NCBI GenBank assembly: GCA_007116205.1
Contig: SKIY01000023.1
Location: 1 to 26,586 of the forward strand
DNA: 26,586 nt
DNA from: Candidatus Izemoplasma sp.
GTDB taxonomy: Bacteria > Bacillota_I > Bacilli_A > Izemoplasmatales > Izemoplasmataceae
Direction: 5' to 3'
The position numbers were made by a program, and so were the translations under genes. Below, one piece after another: positions 1 through 7,337 of this stretch (position 1 is its first letter; each line of letters starts with the position of its first letter). The notes beneath the pieces are model-generated. The model had not been told where the DNA came from, did no database searches, and worked only from the letters and a program-made list of their open reading frames with translations.

Positions 1-293
1 ATCCCGTATTTTTCCGCCGCCATAGCCGCCGCACTAAACCCGTGATATAACGGTTCCGTAAAATCCTTTAAAATAGAAACATCATACCGCTTTAATATCC
101 ACTTTTTATGTGTCTTTACAGAAACATACTTCGTCAAATCGTGTAAATACGATAATACCTCTAATTGTTCAAGATCCGCTCCATAAATTTTACCGAGTTT
201 AACCGCCGTGTCACGAACACCATAAACATGATTTAACCGATCGACTGAATGCTTATATGCATCTAAAAAGTCCGCTTTAATCCGTTTTATCAT
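1..293 (-). CDS. yqeK: YqeK-like HD-domain protein, bis(5'-nucleosyl)-tetraphosphatase (symmetrical); 3' end lies outside the window
   Basis: Not in the ORF track. Manual translation from ATG at 293 gives MIKRIKADFLDAYKHSVDRLNHVYGVRDTAVKLGKIYGADLEQLEVLSYLHDLTKY...EPLYHGFSAAAMAAEKYG, with an H...HD motif and a downstream 'HG..AA' motif. ATGA overlap with the yqeH stop; standard yqeG-yqeH-(...)-yqeK context. Confidence 0.88.
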   Translation of the reverse strand, partial: MIKRIKADFLDAYKHSVDRLNHVYGVRDTAVKLGKIYGADLEQLEVLSYLHDLTKYVSVKTHKKWILKRYDVSILKDFTEPLYHGFSAAAMAAEKYG

Positions 294-1384
294 ATTAACG
301 CCTCGCGCACATACGGGGTAATCCCTTTCGGTGTTTTAATCACTACCGTGCCATGGCCAATCAGCGTGATAAACCCAACCCCAGGAATAACAACATCACG
401 TTTTTTGGTGGTTTTAAATGACACTTGTTTAGCTGTGCGTTCAAACACTGTTTCTGTCTCTCCCGGTGGTACCAATAAACCTTGAACGTGTGCTTCATAA
501 AAAGCATCCGCCTCATCCAACTTACGGCGATGGATATACAGTTTATCAGATACATACACCACTAAATCTGACCGATCACCACTGATAAAATCAACTTGCA
601 CAAGCCCCCCTAAAAACAAAGTCTGATCCGGGTTTAACTGAAAGACTTTTGGTTTAACCTCTTTTTTAGGTTGAATCGATTGATAAGATGCTTCGTTTAA
701 CAAATGGGCAATATGGTTTTTATTCAACAACCCTGGTGTATCATAAAGCGTTTGATTTTCAAACGGAATCGGAATCAATCCCTGTGTCGTATTACGACTA
801 TTAGAAACCGTAATAAGCCCTTCTTTCATCGCCACACTCGCTGCTAACATCGCATTAATCAAACTGCTTTTACCAACATTAGTTGCCCCAACAACATAAA
901 TATCTTTTCCTTCACTCAATGTCGCTATTTTATCGAGTAACGTATCGATTTCATATTTTTTTAAAGCACTAACCATCAGTACATCAATCGCATGAATTCC
1001 TGCTTGTTTTAAATATTTTAAAATGCGATGTCGAAGTTTACCATCATTAACAATCTTAGGTAATAAATCGCGTTTATTAACAACGACAAGGACATCTTTT
1101 TTTTCCGTAATCTTATGAATTTGTGGCATCATTGAGCCTTCAAGATCAAAAGCATCTAACACATTAACAATTAATACATCCTTTTTAGCTATAAAAGACA
1201 ACAGCTCATAATACGTTGACGCATCGACATATGAGGGCGTTATTTCACCATAGTGACGTAGCCTAAAACACCGTTGACATAATATCATTTCAGCTTCATC
1301 TATTTTTTTAGGGGTAAAAAATGGTGCTTGTTTATCCGTGTTTTGTAACACCCCACCACAACCAACACACCGTACATCACTCAT
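290..1384 (-). CDS. yqeH: Ribosome biogenesis GTPase YqeH (circularly permuted GTPase)
   Basis: N-terminal zinc finger CxxC...CQRC, G4 NKRD before G1 GATNVGKSS, G2 TT, G3 DTPG; adjacent to yqeG. Confidence 0.96.
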   Translation of the reverse strand: MSDVRCVGCGGVLQNTDKQAPFFTPKKIDEAEMILCQRCFRLRHYGEITPSYVDASTYYELLSFIAKKDVLIVNVLDAFDLEGSMMPQIHKITEKKDVLVVVNKRDLLPKIVNDGKLRHRILKYLKQAGIHAIDVLMVSALKKYEIDTLLDKIATLSEGKDIYVVGATNVGKSSLINAMLAASVAMKEGLITVSNSRNTTQGLIPIPFENQTLYDTPGLLNKNHIAHLLNEASYQSIQPKKEVKPKVFQLNPDQTLFLGGLVQVDFISGDRSDLVVYVSDKLYIHRRKLDEADAFYEAHVQGLLVPPGETETVFERTAKQVSFKTTKKRDVVIPGVGFITLIGHGTVVIKTPKGITPYVREALI

Positions 1385-1946
1385 AACGCGTGTCCAACTT
1401 TAAGGCTTCATAAATATCTGGATACTTACGCTTAATTTTCTTCAACATCTTTTGTTCTAGCCAACGGTTCAAGCGCGTATACCACTTTTCTGTTTTTTGT
1501 CGAATCGGTTTGACCAAAATAACATCATAGCCACATCTTCTAGCGCCATAAACATCCGTCATTAACTGATCCCCAATCACCAACATCTCACCTTTTTGGT
1601 AATATGAATCCGTATGTCGCATCGCTTTTTTAAATCCTGACTTTAGTGGTTTTTTCGCATTCGCTACATAACGAACACCTAAATCATCCGCATAATGTTT
1701 AACACGATACGTACGATTATTAGAAATGAGCACAATTTCATAACCCATAGTTTTTAACTTTTTAATAAATGTTTTCTGTTTTGGCGATGCTTTTATCTCA
1801 TCATACGGAATCAACGTATTATCTAAATCAATCAACAAAACACGCTTACCAATATTATGGTAAAGCGTTTGAAAATCAATATCGTAAATTGTCGCATAAT
1901 GTCCGCGGGGAATGAATAACTTCGTTCTCAAAAAAAACTGTATCAT
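1377..1946 (-). CDS. yqeG: YqeG-family HAD IIIA phosphatase
   Basis: DLDNTL (DxDxT), SNN, AKKP and IGDQLMTDV motifs; overlaps the yqeH start by 8 nt. Confidence 0.94.
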   Translation of the reverse strand: MIQFFLRTKLFIPRGHYATIYDIDFQTLYHNIGKRVLLIDLDNTLIPYDEIKASPKQKTFIKKLKTMGYEIVLISNNRTYRVKHYADDLGVRYVANAKKPLKSGFKKAMRHTDSYYQKGEMLVIGDQLMTDVYGARRCGYDVILVKPIRQKTEKWYTRLNRWLEQKMLKKIKRKYPDIYEALKLDTRYE

Positions 1947-1963
1947 AATTTACCTCCTACCAA

Positions 1964-2698
1964 TTAAGCATCAAGTGCTTGAATAAGTCCTTTAAAGCCA
2001 TCTTTATACAATCTACTACGCAAATAGTTTAACTGCACACGGGCATGTTTATAATCTGGATACAACGTTGCAAAAAACTGATAAAACGCTTTAGAATGAT
2101 TTTGGTGCACAAGATGACTAATTTCATGAAGAAAAATAAAGGTTAAAAAGTTCTTTGGATAATGAATCAGCTCAAGATTCATAGTCACCTTCAAAGCCTT
2201 CGGTTGACAGCTTCCAAATTTACTCTTTAACTGTTTGACACGAAAACTTAACTGCTTTAAATCAGTGCCTTGAACTGCATATCGGTACTTTAAAACTAGC
2301 GCTTCTAACGCTTCTTCAAAAACCGTTTGTAAATACGCAGTAATTCGTTTTTTTACCGCATCACGATCCGCATCTACACCAAATACAATTAACCGGTTTC
2401 CTTCTTTTCGAATAGCCGGTTTCCCGCTTTCTTGCACAATTTTCACCGGTTCGTTAAAAATCGTAATCGTTTGGCCTACTTGATAATCTACATTTAAATC
2501 ATATAGTGGTGACATCTTTAAAATCGTATCGCGATGCGCATCAATCATGTTTTCAATTGTGCTACGCCGACAATGTTTTGGTGCAGTGACAGTGTATAAC
2601 CCCGCTGTTTTAGGGCGCACAATAATCCGTTTTTGATGCCGTCTTTTAGACACTTCAAACTGATACACCTGATCGCCAATATGCTTGCTGATAATCAT
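1964..2698 (-). CDS. M48/SprT-like zinc-dependent hydrolase, YgjP (DUF45) family
   Basis: C-terminal 'KSKFGSC...MNLELIHYP...HEISHLVHQNHSKAFY' matches the YgjP/DUF45 pattern with HExxH; ATGA overlap with mtnN. Confidence 0.85.
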   Translation of the reverse strand: MIISKHIGDQVYQFEVSKRRHQKRIIVRPKTAGLYTVTAPKHCRRSTIENMIDAHRDTILKMSPLYDLNVDYQVGQTITIFNEPVKIVQESGKPAIRKEGNRLIVFGVDADRDAVKKRITAYLQTVFEEALEALVLKYRYAVQGTDLKQLSFRVKQLKSKFGSCQPKALKVTMNLELIHYPKNFLTFIFLHEISHLVHQNHSKAFYQFFATLYPDYKHARVQLNYLRSRLYKDGFKGLIQALDA

Positions 2699-3381
2699 AG
2701 CGCATCAATAAGTTTTACAAGCAGTTTAGCAGCATTTTCAGACGATTCCGCCAAAAAAGCGCTAAACCCTTCTGATTGCGCTGGTTCACCGATGACATCA
2801 GAAATCGCCCGCAAGATCAAATGCGGCACCTTTTCTAATGTACAGACTTGTGCGATTGCCGCAGCTTCCATCTCGACCGCATAGACATTTTCATAAAGCG
2901 CTAAAATCGCTTCAATCGATGCTTTACGCGTAATAAACTGATCTCCCGAAGCAATCATCCCACTTCGGTAATGAATCCCCGCTTGTTCAGCAATATCCAT
3001 CGCAAGCGCTTTTAATGCTTTATCGCTTTTAAACACCACCTCTGCCCCTGGAACTTGTCCATAGGCATAATTAAAAGCAGTCACATCAACATCGTGATGA
3101 ACCACCCCTGAGGCAATAATGGTCGTTCCTAAAGCAACGTTCACACCACCTGCAACACCGCTGTTTAAAACCGCCTCTACGGCATACGTATTTATCAGTA
3201 GTGTTGTTGCATAGGCCGCATTAACTTTGCCAATACCCGACAAAACACAGACACAGTTGTGACTGTTATGTTTGACATGATATACTTTTAAGCTTTTACA
3301 TGTTTCACTTTTAAAATCATCTACTTTGCTTAAAAACGCATCAAGTTCTTCCTGCATTGCAAATATAATACCGATTTTCAT
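2695..3381 (-). CDS. mtnN: 5'-methylthioadenosine/S-adenosylhomocysteine nucleosidase
   Basis: KIGIIFAMQEE, SGIGKVNAA, SGDQFI, VEMEAAAIAQ and RAISD motifs. Start moved to ATG 3381, which follows an AGGTGG RBS; the longer ORF start at 3414 lies inside a terminator. Confidence 0.95.
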   Translation of the reverse strand: MKIGIIFAMQEELDAFLSKVDDFKSETCKSLKVYHVKHNSHNCVCVLSGIGKVNAAYATTLLINTYAVEAVLNSGVAGGVNVALGTTIIASGVVHHDVDVTAFNYAYGQVPGAEVVFKSDKALKALAMDIAEQAGIHYRSGMIASGDQFITRKASIEAILALYENVYAVEMEAAAIAQVCTLEKVPHLILRAISDVIGEPAQSEGFSAFLAESSENAAKLLVKLIDAL

Positions 3382-3397
3382 ATTGCACCACCTACAC

Positions 3398-3423
3398 GAA
3401 AAAAAGAATGGCAAGCATTCTTT
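3398..3423 (-). terminator. Intrinsic terminator-like hairpin after greA
   Basis: Minus strand reads AAAGAATG-CTTGC-CATTCTTT followed by more T's, directly at the greA stop. The stem is AU-rich and probably leaky. Confidence 0.6.
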
Positions 3424-3895
3424 ATTTCACTTCAACAATCTTAACAGTAATCTCTTTATTCGCATCCGTTTTAAACATTACACGCTCACCTTGTTTTTTT
3501 CCAATGACCGCTTTTCCAACCGGTGATTCATTAGAAATTCTACTGTTTAATGGATCCGCCTCAAGCGTTCCCACGATTGTGTAAAGCTTTGGATCTTGCC
3601 CGTTAATTTGGAGTACAACACGCTTACCAATATTCACTTTATTTGATTGGTCCTCTTTAATAATTTCTGCATGTTTAATAAAGTTTTCAAGTTCCTTAAT
3701 GCGCTTTTCAATGCGCGCTTGTTCTTCACGTGCCGCATCATAATCAGCGTTTTCACTTAAATCGCCTTGCGCACGTGCATCCTTCAAAGCTTCAAGATTA
3801 CGCTCGCGCTCATCGGTCTTTAATGTTTCTAACTCGTTTTTAAGCTCTTCAAGACCTTTTTTCGTTAATTTATAAGTATTGTTTTTCTCGTTCAT
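3422..3895 (-). CDS. greA: Transcription elongation factor GreA
   Basis: ARAQGDLSENADYDAARE and ISNESPVGKA signatures. Start moved to ATG 3895, which follows GGAGG. Confidence 0.97.
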   Translation of the reverse strand: MNEKNNTYKLTKKGLEELKNELETLKTDERERNLEALKDARAQGDLSENADYDAAREEQARIEKRIKELENFIKHAEIIKEDQSNKVNIGKRVVLQINGQDPKLYTIVGTLEADPLNSRISNESPVGKAVIGKKQGERVMFKTDANKEITVKIVEVK

Positions 3896-3929
3896 AATAC
3901 GCCTCCAAAATTGCATTTATATGCTAGGT

Positions 3930-3958
3930 ATTTTACCACGTTTTTCCTTCCATAACAA
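3930..3958 (-). promoter_or_regulatory. Putative sigma-A promoter for greA
   Basis: TTGTTA-17 nt-TAAAAT with a TGn extended -10, read on the minus strand. Confidence 0.5.
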
Positions 3959-3962
3959 CCTT

Positions 3963-5159
3963 TTACTTACGCTTTGCTTTTCTTAACATATCATAAGGCT
4001 GAAGTGGCATAGGAATGATAAACTTAAGCATTTGTTTCGGATGCCTCGCGACATCAACTTCTGTATCCGTTTCAACATCCTTTATCGCTTCAACAACGAA
4101 GCTCACAGGTTCAAAATTCGGACTTAACACCTCTAGTAGGTCACCTGCTTCAAAATAATTCCGTTGTTCAACAACCGTTTCAAATGTCTGGTCATTTTGC
4201 GCATGCACAATCCCTACGAACGCCTGCGTCGGTTGCTCACTGCGCAAATTATAAAGCTGCTCATTCACCGTTGTCATCCCTTGCATAAAGCCATGACTGG
4301 TCAATCTGTTTTCTGCTTTTTTAATTTCTAACAAATATTTCGGTAAATCCACTTCTAAATCATCACATATATCATCAATCAACTTACGATACGTTTTAAC
4401 TACCGTCGCAATATAGTGAACACTTTTCATCCGGCCTTCTATTTTTAAAGACGCCACACCAATATCTACAAGGTCCGATATATGTCTAACGGTTTGTAAA
4501 TCCTTAGAACTCATAGAAAACGACATACATGTATTTAACTGTTTATCATCCTCAAATATATCATAATCCCAGCGACAAGAATGCGCGCACCCACCGCGAT
4601 TCGCATCGCGATCAGTCATATTGTTTGATAGCGTACATTTACCAGAATAAGACACACACATCCCACCATGAATAAAGACCTCGATATCAATCGGACTCGC
4701 ATTTTGAATCATCCGAATCTCATCAAGGTTTAACTCGCGTGCTAAAACAATGCGTTTAATGCCTTGATCCGCCCAAAACTGTATCGCTTGCGAATTGGTT
4801 GTTGATTGTTGTGTCGATAAATGAATTTCTAAATTGGTATGGGTTGATGCAATATCAATAATTGCCGCTGAGGCACAAATTATCGCATCAACGTTCGCTT
4901 TCTCTAACGCTTTTAAATAGGTAATCAAGCCATCTAAATCGCCACTTTGTGGAATAATATTCGTCGTTACATACACTTTTTTATTTAAACGATGCGCAAA
5001 GCGACACGCAGCTTCAATAGTCTCTAAATCAAAGTTTGACGCGCGGGCTCTTAACGAAAACTGCTTCCCACCAATAAAAACAGCATCGGCACCATAAAGT
5101 AAAGCAATTTTTAATTTCTCTAAATCACCAGCAGGTGCTAACAATTCAGGTTTTCTCAT
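3963..5159 (-). CDS. Peptidase U32 family protein, YrrO/TrhP1-like tRNA U34 hydroxylation factor
   Basis: PELLAPAG, GADAVFIGG, HGGMCVSYSGKC...NRGGCAHSCR (four Fe-S-type Cys), SLKIEGRMKS and a C-terminal U32 domain. Lies downstream of the yrrM/yrrN equivalents as in B. subtilis. Confidence 0.9.
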   Translation of the reverse strand: MRKPELLAPAGDLEKLKIALLYGADAVFIGGKQFSLRARASNFDLETIEAACRFAHRLNKKVYVTTNIIPQSGDLDGLITYLKALEKANVDAIICASAAIIDIASTHTNLEIHLSTQQSTTNSQAIQFWADQGIKRIVLARELNLDEIRMIQNASPIDIEVFIHGGMCVSYSGKCTLSNNMTDRDANRGGCAHSCRWDYDIFEDDKQLNTCMSFSMSSKDLQTVRHISDLVDIGVASLKIEGRMKSVHYIATVVKTYRKLIDDICDDLEVDLPKYLLEIKKAENRLTSHGFMQGMTTVNEQLYNLRSEQPTQAFVGIVHAQNDQTFETVVEQRNYFEAGDLLEVLSPNFEPVSFVVEAIKDVETDTEVDVARHPKQMLKFIIPMPLQPYDMLRKAKRK

Positions 5160-6029
5160 CTATTGCCCTCCTTTACTTGTGACAGTTTCTTTAAAATAAA
5201 ACCCTTGATCATGGTCATCATATGACCTTGATAACGGTTTTTTTGCCAGCGCATTGTGGTAATCCTTAATAATATCGACCACGTCTGCTTCATCGACGAA
5301 CAATGTATCTATAACCATCGTCGAAACACAACTGCTTAACACATCGATTACAGAAAAACTTGCAAGTGGCTTGGCACGAAATATATGTGTCCCTGCTCGG
5401 TCTTGAACAATAGGATAGGCTTCATCCCGTGTCGCTTCAACCAATTTCAAGTTTTTCTTATCTTTAACAACGTGGGCATCTTGATCTGATGTATGTTTAA
5501 AATAGTTTTCAACTAACGGCCGCCTCGAGTGAAACATATTTAAAAAACCATGCCCCACCACGACCAAATCTAGTGCCCCTTTTGACATTGTTTTTATGCC
5601 ATCTAAAGTCACTTCTCTACTAACAACAAGCTGTTTTAAGCCAATCTTATTAAAAAAGACCGTGTCCTCATAACTTGTGGTATACGTTTCAGGGTAATAA
5701 ATCATTTTCTCAACCATTTGATGCTTTTTCGCAAAATTTAGTAATGCTAAATCAGCAAACATGATACCATCGATATCAAGTTTAGAGAGCTTCTCAAATA
5801 CATCCAATGCACCATCAAGTTCGGTCTCGTGCAGCAACGCATTCATCAATACCCAAATTTCACCGTTAAGTTGATGAATGCTTGTTATTACTTCTTTAAT
5901 CGCTTCAATACTAAACGACTGATCAACACGCATCGAAAACCCATCAACACCAACAATAAACACCTGCGCTCCAGCTGCTTTATACTTCTTAATATACGCT
6001 TTATGAGAAAGGGTTATAGCAAATTTCAT
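5160..6029 (-). CDS. Peptidase U32 family protein, YrrN/TrhP2-like (lacks the Cys cluster)
   Basis: YYPETYTTS, VVSREVTL and GHGFLNMFHSRRPL resemble the YrrN subfamily. Stop abuts the next ATG with no gap. Confidence 0.8.
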   Translation of the reverse strand: MKFAITLSHKAYIKKYKAAGAQVFIVGVDGFSMRVDQSFSIEAIKEVITSIHQLNGEIWVLMNALLHETELDGALDVFEKLSKLDIDGIMFADLALLNFAKKHQMVEKMIYYPETYTTSYEDTVFFNKIGLKQLVVSREVTLDGIKTMSKGALDLVVVGHGFLNMFHSRRPLVENYFKHTSDQDAHVVKDKKNLKLVEATRDEAYPIVQDRAGTHIFRAKPLASFSVIDVLSSCVSTMVIDTLFVDEADVVDIIKDYHNALAKKPLSRSYDDHDQGFYFKETVTSKGGQ

Positions 6030-6032
6030 ATG

Positions 6033-6668
6033 TCACCTCTTCTTGATGCTTAAACTCATCCCATCACCAATTGGATAAATCATCGTATCAAAATCTTTAC
6101 GGTTTAACACATATGCATTAAACTGTTCAATTTTTTTCGTTAACGCCCGTACGTTTTTTGATGGTGGTTCAGTTCCAACTAAGCCATGAAATAATAAATT
6201 ATCGGTAATAATTATACCACCTGGTCGTAAATAGGGTTCAAAACGCTCAAAAAAACGCTGAGATTGCGCTTTTGCAGCATCAATAAAAATTAAATCATAA
6301 ACCGTATTACCTTCAGGTGTATACATAAGTGCATCTTTTTTAACAAGTTTTACACGCTCAAAAACATCATAATCGATAAAGTGTTGCAATGCTAACGCTT
6401 GCATGTTTTCATCGCGTTCTACTGTCGTAATCTGAACGCTTTCATTCGCTTTAGCAAGACCGATAGCACTATACCCGATCGCCGTCCCTATTTCAAGAAT
6501 ATTTTTCGCTTCAGTCAGTTTACTTATCTGCTGGATAAAGCGTAAGCCTTCATCCGCAATAATAGGAATGCGATGTTCCTTTGCATACGCTTTTAAGGGT
6601 TTTAGTACTGTATTTTGAGCATGGCATGGTAACGATGCTAAATAGGTGTTACTCTGATTCATGTTCAT
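6033..6668 (-). CDS. SAM-dependent O-methyltransferase, YrrM/TrmR-like (mo5U tRNA methyltransferase)
   Basis: LEIGTAIGYS, DLIFIDAAK, GGIIITDNLLFHG and IGDGMS motifs. Start is uncertain (6671 TTG, 6668 ATG or 6662 ATG); overlaps the DUF1292 stop. Confidence 0.88.
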   Translation of the reverse strand: MNMNQSNTYLASLPCHAQNTVLKPLKAYAKEHRIPIIADEGLRFIQQISKLTEAKNILEIGTAIGYSAIGLAKANESVQITTVERDENMQALALQHFIDYDVFERVKLVKKDALMYTPEGNTVYDLIFIDAAKAQSQRFFERFEPYLRPGGIIITDNLLFHGLVGTEPPSKNVRALTKKIEQFNAYVLNRKDFDTMIYPIGDGMSLSIKKR

Positions 6669-6909
6669 CAAAATACTGTTCTATTTGTTCCTCGATTTCA
6701 TCCCATTCATCATCCGTCTCAACAGGCATCAGTTTGCCCCCATCACTATCCGCTTCATTGTAAATATACGCAAACAACTCTTCTGATTCTCCTGGTTCTT
6801 TAAAAATCACATACGACTTATTGGTGCGTTCTGAAGTAAAAGTAAACAAAATCTCATAATCATATGTTTTACCTTGATCGTCTTCTACGCGTAATGTACG
6901 TTCATCCAT
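6649..6909 (-). CDS. DUF1292 family protein (YrzB-like)
   Basis: Small acidic protein with YEILFTF...KSYVIF...L.PVETDDEWD.IE; conserved position after ruvX. Confidence 0.88.
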   Translation of the reverse strand: MDERTLRVEDDQGKTYDYEILFTFTSERTNKSYVIFKEPGESEELFAYIYNEADSDGGKLMPVETDDEWDEIEEQIEQYFDEHESE

Positions 6910-6920
6910 AAATAATCCTC

Positions 6921-7337
6921 CTATGATTTCGCATCGAGATAGCTTTGCAAAATAACAACTGCGGCCGCTTCATCAATGCGTGATTTCCTTTTCTTACGGT
7001 TCATTTTACTGTGAATCATCGTACTTTGAGCCATCTTACTACTCAATCGTTCATCCCAAAGCACCACCGGTACATCTGTTTGTGCCGCTAACAAGACTTT
7101 AAAATCTTTACTAATTATAGATTGACTGCCTTCACTACCATCCATATTTTTAGGGTAGCCAAGGACAATTGTTTCAACCGGTTCTTTTGCAAGCCAATAC
7201 AACACCCGACCTACCGCATAATCATATCGGTCGGCTTCAAAACGAAACGTTTCTAAGCCGCGGGCCAACATATGATGGGCATCACTAATCGCAATCCCCA
7301 AGGTACGCGTCCCTAAATCTAAGCCGAGCACTTTCAT
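6921..7337 (-). CDS. ruvX: RuvX/YqgF family nuclease (pre-16S rRNA maturation; annotated Holliday junction resolvase-like)
   Basis: LGLDLGTRTLGIAISD, VLGYPKNMDG, WDERLSS and IDEAAAVVILQSYLD; ATGA overlap with alaS. Confidence 0.95.
   Translation of the reverse strand: MKVLGLDLGTRTLGIAISDAHHMLARGLETFRFEADRYDYAVGRVLYWLAKEPVETIVLGYPKNMDGSEGSQSIISKDFKVLLAAQTDVPVVLWDERLSSKMAQSTMIHSKMNRKKRKSRIDEAAAVVILQSYLDAKS

Noticed and set aside
3382-3414. N-terminal extension of MtnN (MPFFFSCRWCN) and similar upstream extensions of GreA, the nucleotidase, GDPD, OsmC-like and ADH ORFs
   Set aside because: These are longest-ORF artefacts; in most cases a good RBS precedes the downstream ATG, which also matches family N-termini.
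3909-3925. GCAT-ATAA-ATGC mini-hairpin in the greA leader as an E. coli-like greA attenuator
   Set aside because: The stem is only 4 bp with no proper U-tract, too weak to support.
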